NCBI GenBank assembly: GCA_964424195.1
Contig: CAYRHT010000001.1
Span: forward strand, 70,102 to 134,101
Reading direction: 5' to 3'
From: an uncultured Gammaproteobacteria bacterium
Lineage (GTDB): Bacteria > Patescibacteriota > Patescibacteriia > UBA1558 > S5-K13
Length of the DNA: 64,000 bases
In this document: in pieces, positions 37,301-46,863 of the stretch
Layout: every line of letters starts with the position of its first letter
Position numbering within the stretch: the stretch's first letter is position 1
The notes under the pieces: generated by a model
Told to the model about the DNA's origin: nothing
Database searches by the model: none
Seen by the model: the letters and a program-made list of their open reading frames with translations, nothing else
Position numbers and translations under genes: made by a program

Positions 37301-40300
37301 TTAAATTGTGAAGACTATAGTTTAGATTCATATAATTGTGATCAAGAATATCATCCTTGTTGTGACTATGTAAAATATTGTCCAGTTGAAGATTTATCTT
37401 GTTCAGCCTTTTATCCAATAAATGGAGATCCTTTTGTACCGGCTGTGATTAATAATGAGGATCAGTGTGTAGCAGAGTGTAATAATTATCAAACCTTTAG
37501 TGCTTTACCAAGTTATTTTGATAATCTAGAAGCCTTAGAAGAAAGTGGAGAGGAAGCTATTCCTAATGATAGTAATTTTATTGCTGAAAGTGCTGAAGAT
37601 TGTTCAGAACCATCTTGTGAATTATTTACAAATATTGATAAGTTAGAATTAGGTGCAGAGGCTAAAGAATATTACAGTGCTGTTCGTCAGTGTGTTAAAC
37701 CAGATGATTCAGGAGTAAGTAAAGAATTATACTATACTTGGGAAGGATCTGATACTTCTGCTTTCCAATTAAAAACTTGGGAATTATTAGCTAGTGATGA
37801 TGAAGATCATTTAAATGGTGAGGGTGGAAAGGCTCCTTGTACTAATGTATTAATTGGTAATACAAGTTGTTTAGATGATGTTAATAATGTAGAAGAATGT
37901 AATCCAGAAACTAATTTAGACTGTCGAACTTTCTATGATGAAGATGCTCTTCCCCATAACCGTTTACTTTCTAAAACTATTCCAATTACTGAAGAATGTA
38001 TAAATGTTCGAAGAGAAATTTCTAATCAAGTTTACAAAATAATTCCTTCAATGAGTAATGCTTGTGATGTATCTAATTTAGGATGTACTACTTATCAAGG
38101 AAATGATAGTAATAATGTTCGGAATATATTTAGAGAAGATTTTGAAAGTGGTTCTACTGCTGGTTGGATGGCTGATATAGATGGTGGAGGTAGTAGTATT
38201 AATTTAGTACATTCTTCAGAAGCTATTCATTATAATGGTAGTTCAATGAAAGTTTGGGTAGGAGATGATTCAGAAGCAATTTGGATTTCATATAATTTAA
38301 CTGAAGCTGGGGAAGTAGTTTTTCCAGGTAAACAATATTCTTTAAGTTTTTGGGCTAAATCTTTTGGAGATAATACTTCTGGTTTTTATCCAGCTCAAAA
38401 TTATGATGGTCTTGAGAATACTGGAGGCGTACTTTCTTTAAATTCTTTGTTATATAACAAAGCTCAAGCTAGTGATGACGATGCTTCATTAATTTTTGAT
38501 AATAATCTTTCAGTAATTAATCGAGAGTGGTTATTATACAACTATAATGTAACTGATTTTAAAACTGACCAAAATGGTGATGTTGTTTTGAGTTTTAAGA
38601 TTAATATTGATAATAGTATTTATGAATATGATGGTATTTATATCGACAACATTATCCTTAAAGCTTTGACTAGTAGTTTTGATAAGATTAAAGATTCTTG
38701 GCAAACTCCAAGAGTTTGTTTAGATAATGATTATTTAGGATGTCAGGCTTATCAAGATCCAAGTAATAATATCTCTTATCTATATCAATTTACTGATTTA
38801 TGTCCAGAAGAAAATATTGGTTGTCAGGCGATGATTGATACTCAAAATTCAAGTATGCCGGGACAACAAACCTTTAATGCCTATTGTTCAGAAGGTAGTT
38901 CAGAAGAAGAATGTAATTTAGGAAATTATTATTACCAGAATGATTCTAATGTTCCTGATGATAATATATTTGATAGTACAGTTATTGTTCCTAGTGATGA
39001 TTTAGTTTACATTGTGGCTGATAATGATCATAGTTGTTTATCTGGTAATAAAGGTTGTCAGGAGATGTCAATTATTGATAATGAGGGTGTTAATCAAGCT
39101 ATTAATATAGTAAGTAATCCAGATCATTATGTAGCTCATGATATGTATGGTGAAAATAATAATATTTTATGTTTAGATGAATATCAAAATTGTGTTTCCT
39201 TTAGTAACTTAGAGGGTTCTAAATTACATAAAATACATCCTCGAAATTTAACTTGTGAATATCAAGAGGAAGATACAGAGAGAAATATTCCAGCTGGTTT
39301 TTACAATCAAGATGGAGAAAATTGTGCTGGTTTAATTTATAGTAAAGCTTATGATGATTTTACCTTTAATATTGTAGAACAATGGAAACCTTATGATGAT
39401 TATCAAAATCAATATGCTGGAGTTTGTCCAACAGAAGAAAATTCTTGTTCAGGATTTATAGACCCTCTAGATAATTTAGATTTTAGTGATTATGTTTATT
39501 CTCATTTAGGAATTAATTTAAATTATAATCATCCTAGTGAATGGCGTCAGGCTTCTTGGTCTAAGGACAACGCTGTGATTGATAATTTTGGTCCCGAAGG
39601 AATTAGTTATCATCCGGCAAGTAATGAAGATGATTATGAGGGTCTTAATATAATTCTTAGCGGGGATCAAAACCTATTAATCTATCGAGGGCCAGATTAT
39701 ACAGATAATATTTTTAATTTTAATGTAGCAGCAGACACTACTTATCGTTTAAGTGCCCGAGTTAAACTAGAAGATGCTGATTCAGTAATGACTTTCTTAA
39801 GTTGTAAACCTAATTCTAGTAGTTCTCAGGATTCCTTTGAGGGTTATTTTGTAAATGAGGATTGGTATGAGGGTGAAAATAATATTCCTTATGCTTTCCC
39901 AGCTATTAAATCAAATTATTCAACTACAAATAATGATCAATGGCAATATATCTATGGTTTATATGAGATTTTACCGGGAGCTCAGTATTGTAATATGGCT
40001 TTCTATATCAATGGAGAATCTGGATCTAAGTTTACCATTGCTGATATGAATTTGGAGAAAGTAAGTGGAGATTATTATTACTTAGATAATGATTATCTTG
40101 ATTATGATTCTTGTAATTCAGCTAACTTAAAAGAGGGCTGTGTATTATTCCATGATATATCAGAAACAGAATTAAAATGGAATCATCAAGTAAGTTATGA
40201 AGAAAATAGATTAGCCCCAGGAGATTCTAGAAATCCTAGCGATGTTAATGCTTTATTAAAAGTAACTCGAGATAAGCAGTGTGCTGAATGGTTGACTTGT

Positions 40301-43300
40301 GGAGCTAGTTTAAAAACTATTGACCAAGCTAGTGGTCAAACTAAAGAGGCTTGTGTTTCTTTGATTGCTTGTGATGAATTATCAGAGGATAAGGCAGGAG
40401 TTTGTACTCATCCTTTCTTTAATGGAGCAACAGCTCAACCATTAACTTTAGATTACTATCATCAAATGAGAGGAAAGTCTGAATGGTCAGATTTAGATTA
40501 TAGTGGTTATTCAATTCCAGGACTATATCCTCTTGATTCTTTAACTCCTTTAGAAGTTGTTAATGATACTGGCACTAGTACAGTATTAGGACATTTAGTT
40601 CTTAAACAAAATAGTTTAGGACAGCCATTTGTATATAAATTAGGGGTAGGAGTAGACAATTATTTAACAAATATTTATACAGAAGATGTTTCTGGTTCAG
40701 AAGAAATAGGTATTAATTTGGGATCTAATTTAATAGATGGAGAAGGTTTTGCAGATAAAGCTTGTCGTTTGTATCCAGAAGTAAATTCTCCTTTCCCTCA
40801 AATACAATTTAGTAAGATTGCTCGAGGAGAATTCTCAGATAGTGATAGTATGTCTTCTGAAGCTCCTTATCTAGATATTCGAGATAAAGCGGCTAATTTT
40901 GCTAATGCTAATATTTGTCAGACTGGTAGTGGTTCTGCTTTAGAAGACGAAGAATATCCTTTTGCTCAAGGTACAGACTGTGAATGTCATTATACTAAGG
41001 CTACTTATGGTTCTGAAACTTTATACTTCCCTTATGACTATGATAATCATATTCCAGATTCAATAGAAATAGATTATGGTAGCGGGGGTAGTACTTTATC
41101 AATTAAAAATAAGACTAAATATTTAGGATGGAAAGGATTTTGTTTAGACAAAGAACAATCTTTGTTTATAAATAACACTGAATCTTTGACAGAAGATATG
41201 AAAGATTACCGATGTTTAACTTGGTATCCCATTGATTTATTAAGTGGAGAAATTGATGCTTATGGTGCTAGTGAAGAGGCAGAAGTTTCTTATAATAAAG
41301 TTGGTGATAATGATAAATTATGTGTAGTAGGGGAAGATTATGTAACTACTGAGGATCGAGTCTATTGTGGAAGAGTTGAACTAGGTTATTGTAATGTTTT
41401 ATTATATATCCCAGAAGGATCTAAAGTTAATCCAGATAAAGTTGCTCAATATACTAGCGAGGTGCTTAATTATGATAATGAAGGTAATCAAGTGGGAATG
41501 TTAGATACAGGGTGGTTACCAGCTAATAAATTTGAATATCATGATGGTACAGTTCCTTATTGCGAAGGATCTTCTTGTGTTGGTAATCCTGTAATATTTT
41601 CATCAATAGCTGCCAATAGATTAGAAGCAACTCCTGGAGTTCCTAATAATGGAAAATTTCCAGCAGCAGATTTTGGAATATTAATGTCTGATTGTAGTTT
41701 TATTGGTGGAACATGTACTAGTATAGATGGTACTTCTAGTGATGTATTTGCTGGACAATATGTATTTAATGAGTTATTTGATCCTCCTGTTGATTCAGAA
41801 ATAAAATATTTTTTCCTTGATGAAGGAGTAAATAAAGATGGTGATAAAAATATTAATACTCATACAAGCGGTTCTAGTAAATATCAAACTGGAAGTAAAA
41901 TAGTTCTCGAGGGTTATTCACGACCTTCTGATAGAGACTGTGAAGATGGTTTAGCTGCTACTGAAAGTTTGGCCCAGAAATATGCCGCAGGCAGTACTAC
42001 TTGGTGCAGAAGTCAAGGAAAACATCTTGTTGATTGGAAATGTCACAGTGAAGGATGGTGTAGTTGGGCAAATAGATGGGATGCTTGTAAGGTTTGGTGT
42101 AATCCTTTGGAATTTAATTATTATGTTTATGCTGATCCAGTAGCAAATGATATTTGTACTAATACAGATTGTTCAGGGAATGATAAGGGATTACAGTGTT
42201 TAGAAACTAAAAATGATATTTATGTTAATTTAGCTAGTTATGTTGATGAAGATTTAGATTTTGATATTACGGAATGTAAGATACAAGAAGTTAACGATTT
42301 TGACTGTGATTTTGTACAATGTGTTCAAAGCCAAAATAATTCTCCATATTATTGTGAACAATATAATGATTGTTTGATTTATAATTATAATGCAGGTGAA
42401 GACTTTACAGATGAAAATGAGAATGGAATGTGGGATGAAGGTGATGGAACATTTATGGATCCAAGTGAACCTTTGGTAGACACTGGTTATGATACGGTTG
42501 ATGGTGAGGGTAATCCAATAACAGTAGGTGCTGACAATGAAATATGGGATGGACCAATTATTATATCGAATGATTTGTATTATGAAGCTTATGGTGAAGC
42601 TAATGATGATGGTGACATAGTTCAAGAGTCATGTCTTAATTCTGAAATAGAGGTTAATTGTACTTCAGATAATGGTTATGATACAGGTAGTGAAGGTACT
42701 GACTGTGGAGATGATTGTATTAAGACATGTAAAACTTATGTAGATTTAGATAATGTTGTGTATAATTCAAATAATTTTTATTTGAATCGGTTAGATTTAG
42801 ATAAACTTGGTGATGATGTTTGTATTGTTAATGGAGAATCTATTTGTGCTAAAACCTTATCTGGTAATGTTAATGAATATAACGAGCAAAGAGCAATTAG
42901 ATTTGATGAAATTTATGAACTTTCTGGAATAGATGGAGCAGAATGGTCAACAGTTAATTCTCCTTTTTCAGCTAATTCTGTAGAAGATTTTCAGCCGTTG
43001 GATTTAAGAAATTTAATTAATGTTGTAGATAGATCATTTACTAGTAATGATATTTTTAATGATTATTATTCTGATTTAAATGCTTCCCCAGCAGAAGATT
43101 TAGGAGATGCTAAGTATAGATTAGAAAATGTAGTTATTGAAATACCAAATAATAATTTTCAACAATATGATGCCAATGTAAAAAATTGGTCGCGCCCAGA
43201 GGATTGGTCTGGTAATTATTGGAAGATAGCTAAGAGTTCTGAGTCAGAAATTAGACAAACTAATTATGATGAAAATAATGGATTCTCTGAAGGAGATTCA

Positions 43301-43915
43301 GGAATAAGTGTTAATAGTACTCATAATCAACATATTATTAAAGAAGATGGTAATTTATATGCTTATTTAATGTTCTATGCTTACACTTCTCCAGGTGCTA
43401 CTCCTATTCAAGAAATTAGTATTGATTGGACTGGAGTAAATGTTGATAAATTGGTATTAAGAGGTCCTTTTAAGAATCATAAACAAGATTGTGTTCGAAA
43501 ATGTGGAGTGGTTTATGGTGAAGATTATGATGCTATTGAGAATTATGAAGCTATTAATTGGGATTCAGAAGACAATAATTGTGTTGTTAATTCAGATTGT
43601 AGTCCCTATGATGATGAGAATGAGAGATATTGTTTCTCTAAGACCTGGGGAGATCATCCAGATGCTTGTATTGAAGATAATCAGGATCAATCTCAAGATG
43701 GTTATTTCTCTTACAGCTTTATATACGCTTGTGATGCTTTGAATGATTATTGGAAAGAAGATTGTACTGGTTATGATGCTAATATTCAAGGTGGTTGCTG
43801 TGTTTATACTCCAACAGTTACTATTACTGATAATTGGGGAAAGCAAAAGACAGAAAATCTAGGTGATTGTAATAATGGTGATAATATTTGTTCAGTAATT
43901 GTAATTCCTAAATAA
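34346..43915 (+). CDS. Giant (3189 aa) secreted cysteine-rich multidomain protein; candidate adhesin or surface apparatus
   Basis: Signal peptide. Very high Cys content with CxxC/CxC spacings. Three CenC/CBM4_9-like jelly-roll modules (NGSFEINEG... around 36761-37200; REDFESGSTAGW... around 38131-38650; a third around 39590-40060). No internal stop across 9.5 kb. Confidence 0.6.
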   Translation: MTLAKNKKIFIITFLIVFLFTASIGGLTSKNVKAQLLPMPVIDWTPAKVIVADIPAETHWWADVVSWIKEKSFTKIIANAFSRTFQRYMETLAYNSASFLAGGIEGGKSAWSTDNWNSYMVDARDAATAEFLDSLASGYDFDICKPPGGINIQNKVNLIISTNEDKREPRCSLNDIKKKWGDLGEKLQNDPLTLMKINNQSLKELGFDKFTSGSMPTLDDFNEVRAKLLQSSINIKESDLGYIQEVENELARQQQLKEEMAEKERINPDGSKPKRNPITGDVIVPAEVAKGDLGTVWNTSKESAATLSDDPVVNIANIFLNTLVSKSLRGLINRLFIPKPPQYDEVTEDRGLISNFNREVNIVEKTFAQIKKISYNINLTDIDVIAEMEMDLGNDLPGIMNNKTISSDFAEALRKAQAGEVLTLKEAIEENLVDQNKWFGYIDVASQNPKQPSVVEGFSADNIKKLVKNRVVSVGWLFAAEKIKELKGQIIRGCSSQGCTLENVLEEYDKSGTYNVLENEGEDPQIYKNEYCGWRSINAEPYFIDINNANDCELNEAGQFNGISGIELKWSGASDSISGKCYRYEDLNGDSIIDEISLEAENRETCETLEPSFEPEVNGLGGYYYYEWEPGGCLIKELDESPLCHLVDPNTVLKAPAQQCGAEGYYSILETRNTGSRQEDCADVKHCIEEDDDGRCVGGYDYCVKEENIWRFNGDSCSKQFNSCTTLIDDQGQRESYLIDTLRDCPQEEVGCRDYIFEKELIDDQYVWDNDAPKAYFNSSVEECNDNALGCNEFIQIKPGVNLIANGSFEINEGPEDEKPDFWNLNNGRFSLERDAYLGNYSLKHIGGNEDLLSKENLLIPDKGLYTLSYYVRAEDSDVQVKPKLLVANQNGVTIPLSNEDAIFNPGEVINNWQRVSGHFSIPENQNVISVDLIFQIKGDVYLDGVQLELNELVDSDLNEGEGDTTTYQEYGQVSQAYFKKAPDYLNCEDYSLDSYNCDQEYHPCCDYVKYCPVEDLSCSAFYPINGDPFVPAVINNEDQCVAECNNYQTFSALPSYFDNLEALEESGEEAIPNDSNFIAESAEDCSEPSCELFTNIDKLELGAEAKEYYSAVRQCVKPDDSGVSKELYYTWEGSDTSAFQLKTWELLASDDEDHLNGEGGKAPCTNVLIGNTSCLDDVNNVEECNPETNLDCRTFYDEDALPHNRLLSKTIPITEECINVRREISNQVYKIIPSMSNACDVSNLGCTTYQGNDSNNVRNIFREDFESGSTAGWMADIDGGGSSINLVHSSEAIHYNGSSMKVWVGDDSEAIWISYNLTEAGEVVFPGKQYSLSFWAKSFGDNTSGFYPAQNYDGLENTGGVLSLNSLLYNKAQASDDDASLIFDNNLSVINREWLLYNYNVTDFKTDQNGDVVLSFKINIDNSIYEYDGIYIDNIILKALTSSFDKIKDSWQTPRVCLDNDYLGCQAYQDPSNNISYLYQFTDLCPEENIGCQAMIDTQNSSMPGQQTFNAYCSEGSSEEECNLGNYYYQNDSNVPDDNIFDSTVIVPSDDLVYIVADNDHSCLSGNKGCQEMSIIDNEGVNQAINIVSNPDHYVAHDMYGENNNILCLDEYQNCVSFSNLEGSKLHKIHPRNLTCEYQEEDTERNIPAGFYNQDGENCAGLIYSKAYDDFTFNIVEQWKPYDDYQNQYAGVCPTEENSCSGFIDPLDNLDFSDYVYSHLGINLNYNHPSEWRQASWSKDNAVIDNFGPEGISYHPASNEDDYEGLNIILSGDQNLLIYRGPDYTDNIFNFNVAADTTYRLSARVKLEDADSVMTFLSCKPNSSSSQDSFEGYFVNEDWYEGENNIPYAFPAIKSNYSTTNNDQWQYIYGLYEILPGAQYCNMAFYINGESGSKFTIADMNLEKVSGDYYYLDNDYLDYDSCNSANLKEGCVLFHDISETELKWNHQVSYEENRLAPGDSRNPSDVNALLKVTRDKQCAEWLTCGASLKTIDQASGQTKEACVSLIACDELSEDKAGVCTHPFFNGATAQPLTLDYYHQMRGKSEWSDLDYSGYSIPGLYPLDSLTPLEVVNDTGTSTVLGHLVLKQNSLGQPFVYKLGVGVDNYLTNIYTEDVSGSEEIGINLGSNLIDGEGFADKACRLYPEVNSPFPQIQFSKIARGEFSDSDSMSSEAPYLDIRDKAANFANANICQTGSGSALEDEEYPFAQGTDCECHYTKATYGSETLYFPYDYDNHIPDSIEIDYGSGGSTLSIKNKTKYLGWKGFCLDKEQSLFINNTESLTEDMKDYRCLTWYPIDLLSGEIDAYGASEEAEVSYNKVGDNDKLCVVGEDYVTTEDRVYCGRVELGYCNVLLYIPEGSKVNPDKVAQYTSEVLNYDNEGNQVGMLDTGWLPANKFEYHDGTVPYCEGSSCVGNPVIFSSIAANRLEATPGVPNNGKFPAADFGILMSDCSFIGGTCTSIDGTSSDVFAGQYVFNELFDPPVDSEIKYFFLDEGVNKDGDKNINTHTSGSSKYQTGSKIVLEGYSRPSDRDCEDGLAATESLAQKYAAGSTTWCRSQGKHLVDWKCHSEGWCSWANRWDACKVWCNPLEFNYYVYADPVANDICTNTDCSGNDKGLQCLETKNDIYVNLASYVDEDLDFDITECKIQEVNDFDCDFVQCVQSQNNSPYYCEQYNDCLIYNYNAGEDFTDENENGMWDEGDGTFMDPSEPLVDTGYDTVDGEGNPITVGADNEIWDGPIIISNDLYYEAYGEANDDGDIVQESCLNSEIEVNCTSDNGYDTGSEGTDCGDDCIKTCKTYVDLDNVVYNSNNFYLNRLDLDKLGDDVCIVNGESICAKTLSGNVNEYNEQRAIRFDEIYELSGIDGAEWSTVNSPFSANSVEDFQPLDLRNLINVVDRSFTSNDIFNDYYSDLNASPAEDLGDAKYRLENVVIEIPNNNFQQYDANVKNWSRPEDWSGNYWKIAKSSESEIRQTNYDENNGFSEGDSGISVNSTHNQHIIKEDGNLYAYLMFYAYTSPGATPIQEISIDWTGVNVDKLVLRGPFKNHKQDCVRKCGVVYGEDYDAIENYEAINWDSEDNNCVVNSDCSPYDDENERYCFSKTWGDHPDACIEDNQDQSQDGYFSYSFIYACDALNDYWKEDCTGYDANIQGGCCVYTPTVTITDNWGKQKTENLGDCNNGDNICSVIVIPK

Positions 43916-43921
43916 TTTAAT

Positions 43922-46831
43922 ATGTTTAGTAGATTATATAAAAAATTAGTTCAGAAATGGTTAAATCTTTCTCGAAAAAGAAGGGCATTTTATACTACTC
44001 TTTTTTCTGTAGTGTTATTAATCATAATAATACCGTTTTCAGCGAAAGCAACTGTTGGGGCATCTATAGCTAGTTTTTTAGCTTCAATTATTGGTATAAT
44101 CCTTGGTTGGTTAGCTCCAGTTATAACTCTAGAAATTAATATGTTTGTTAAATTTGCGCAGTTTAATAATTTCTTAGATGTCACTGCTGTTAAAGAAGGT
44201 TGGAAATTAGTCCGAGATGTTTGTAATATGTTTTTTATTATTATCCTTTTAATAATTTCTTTTGCTACTATTCTAAGAATAGAGTCCTATGCTTACAAGA
44301 AGTGGTTAGGTAAATTAGTAATCGCTGCTATTTTAATAAATTTTTCTAAGACTATTACTGGACTTTTAATTGGATTTTCTCAGATTATAATGTTAACCTT
44401 TGTATCTGCTTTTAGAAGCGCAGTAGCTGGTAATTTAGGTGCTGGTTTACATTTAAATGAAATGTTAGCCGCTAGTAAGTCAGGAGAATTAGGAAAATTT
44501 TCAGATAACAAGGATGATAAATTAGATGCTTTTGCTGTCTTTGGAGCTTTGTTGTTAGCTCTAGCTTTGTTAACAGTTTTTGTAGTAGTAATGATAGTGA
44601 TGATAGTCGTTTTAGTAGGTAGGATAGTAACCCTCTGGGTTCTAGTTATTCTATCACCAGTAGCTTATCTATTACAGGCTTCTCCTTTTGGAGAGAAATA
44701 TGCTAAACAATGGTGGCAAGAATTAGGTAAAAACTTAATTGCTGGTCCTGTTTTAGCATTCTTTTTATGGCTAGCTTTTTTAACAGTTCAAAGAAGTGGG
44801 GGAAAAGTTGTTGAACATATGGAGAATCCAATTGATGTTTCTGGTAGTTCAGGAGTGGGAGTTGCAGCTAGTGCTCCAGTGTTTATTTCAGGGATTAGTG
44901 AAACTTCGGCTTTAATGGATTATATTATTACCATTGCTTTATTAATAGCTGCTTTAAAGATTACTCAAGATTTAGGAGTAATTGGTTCTAGTTTTGCTGG
45001 TAAAATGCAACAGAATTTAGGTAAGATGGGTAAGAAAGCAGCTAAGGCAGGTACTTGGGGTTTAGCTAAGTATACCGATAGAAAAATTGGTTCTGCTAAA
45101 GGGAATAAATTTGGAATTAGCGCTCATAATATTGTTGATAAGGCTAAAGGAATTAAGGAATCATGGGCAAAATCAGCAGATAAAGAAAGATCTAAAATTA
45201 GAAGAAGAGGTGCTGATAATGCAAGTCATAGTTCTGGTCTCGTAAGAGCTGTTCTTGGTTCAGGTAAAGATTGGGCTGATCGATATGGTCCAGTTGGAAC
45301 CCTTGGAGTTAAGGGTGCTAAAAATATAATTAGAGATACCTTTAGTAAGGGTTTAAACACTCATGCTAAAACATCTGAAAAGGCCGAAGAAGAGAAGAAA
45401 AAATATGATGAAGAAATGGCAAGAAGAGAGACTATTGAATTAGAAATCATTGCTAAACCAAATGCTGCCCAAGAAAATTTTGATAAAGCAAAAGCAGATC
45501 AAGAAACACATAAACTTGAATTAACAGAACTTACTGAGGAAATGGAAAAAGCAGAAAAAGATGGAGATTTAGACGAGGAGACAAAAAAAGAATTCAAAAA
45601 GAGATTAAAGAAGAAGAAAAAACAAATAGAGGATGACAAAACTAAAGTAGTCGCAGCTGGAACAGTAAAAGAAGAATGGGATAATTTACCACAAGAAGAA
45701 AAAGACAAAGTTGAAGCTGATAAGGAATATGTAAAATCTATAAGGAGGGATAGAGAAGATATAAAAGGACTTGAATATGAAATGGGACTACACAAGAAAG
45801 GTTCAAAAGAATATGAAGATTTGAAAGATCAAAAAGAAACTGCGGAAATGTCTTTAATAGATAAGGAACATAAACATGGTTTAGATATTTATGGTTCAGA
45901 AGGAGAATTTAAAAATCAATCTTCAATAGAATTGAATACTAATTTAAAGAAACAAACAGGAATAAAACAAAAAGCAGATAAAAAATTATCTAAACTTTCT
46001 ATGGGAAGATCACTGGCTGCTAGAGTAGAAGAAAGATCTCAAATAGAAGAAAGTAAAAAGAAATATAAGCATCTTAAGGGTCATCCAGAATTAATCCAAT
46101 ATTTAGATTCAGCTCTTCAAAAGGGTGAAGAATTTGATGCTATAGGTCTTATGGAAAAATTAGCTGAAGATGGTAATGAAAACGAATTTTTAAAACATTA
46201 TGGATATGAAAGTGGTCCAATAGGCCTACATAAATTTGTTCAAGAAAAATTAATAAAAGAGCAAGGTATAGATGAGCAGTTGGCATTGGGACTTCAGAAT
46301 GATATTGGTGAAATAGCTAAAGAAACAGGGCATTGGGAACTTGCCGAAACAACGGATATTAGTAAAACTGGAAAACTTAGAAGTATTATTACTGAACAGA
46401 AAGATGAAAATGGAAATATTGAATATGACCTTAAAGAGCATACTATCCGCGCCCATGTTGAATTTTCTAAAAGAGATAATAGAAGAATGATGCAGAATAC
46501 AAATAGATTAGGTATTGGATCAGAAAATGGTGAAACTGGAGAATTTGAAATAAGTGACCTTGGTCGTTTAATTCTTTTAAATCTTAGTAAAAATCATGAA
46601 TTTATAACTAAAAGAATCAATGAGTTAAATCCAAATCTTTTATCTACTATTACTAGACCAAAAGTGAGAAAACAAGTTGAGAAAATTATCGGTAAAAATT
46701 CTGTCTTATATCAAAAACTTGATGACATGGTTGGTGAGAGAGGAGCTATTAAAGATACAGGTGCTGCTACAGAAAGTCTTATTGGATATGATGAGATCCA
46801 AGAAGCTAAGAAGAAAAAGATTGGAAAATGA
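43922..46831 (+). CDS. Polytopic membrane protein (7-8 TM) with a ~600-aa Lys/Glu-rich coiled-coil tail; VirB6/TrbL-like candidate
   Basis: Hydrophobic helices in the first ~340 aa, then a charged low-complexity tail (EEKKKYDEEMARRE...KKKKKQIEDDK...). Starts 7 nt after the giant gene. Confidence 0.45.
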   Translation: MFSRLYKKLVQKWLNLSRKRRAFYTTLFSVVLLIIIIPFSAKATVGASIASFLASIIGIILGWLAPVITLEINMFVKFAQFNNFLDVTAVKEGWKLVRDVCNMFFIIILLIISFATILRIESYAYKKWLGKLVIAAILINFSKTITGLLIGFSQIIMLTFVSAFRSAVAGNLGAGLHLNEMLAASKSGELGKFSDNKDDKLDAFAVFGALLLALALLTVFVVVMIVMIVVLVGRIVTLWVLVILSPVAYLLQASPFGEKYAKQWWQELGKNLIAGPVLAFFLWLAFLTVQRSGGKVVEHMENPIDVSGSSGVGVAASAPVFISGISETSALMDYIITIALLIAALKITQDLGVIGSSFAGKMQQNLGKMGKKAAKAGTWGLAKYTDRKIGSAKGNKFGISAHNIVDKAKGIKESWAKSADKERSKIRRRGADNASHSSGLVRAVLGSGKDWADRYGPVGTLGVKGAKNIIRDTFSKGLNTHAKTSEKAEEEKKKYDEEMARRETIELEIIAKPNAAQENFDKAKADQETHKLELTELTEEMEKAEKDGDLDEETKKEFKKRLKKKKKQIEDDKTKVVAAGTVKEEWDNLPQEEKDKVEADKEYVKSIRRDREDIKGLEYEMGLHKKGSKEYEDLKDQKETAEMSLIDKEHKHGLDIYGSEGEFKNQSSIELNTNLKKQTGIKQKADKKLSKLSMGRSLAARVEERSQIEESKKKYKHLKGHPELIQYLDSALQKGEEFDAIGLMEKLAEDGNENEFLKHYGYESGPIGLHKFVQEKLIKEQGIDEQLALGLQNDIGEIAKETGHWELAETTDISKTGKLRSIITEQKDENGNIEYDLKEHTIRAHVEFSKRDNRRMMQNTNRLGIGSENGETGEFEISDLGRLILLNLSKNHEFITKRINELNPNLLSTITRPKVRKQVEKIIGKNSVLYQKLDDMVGERGAIKDTGAATESLIGYDEIQEAKKKKIGK

Positions 46832-46863
46832 AAATATTTTGTTTAAATTTATAATTAGTATAT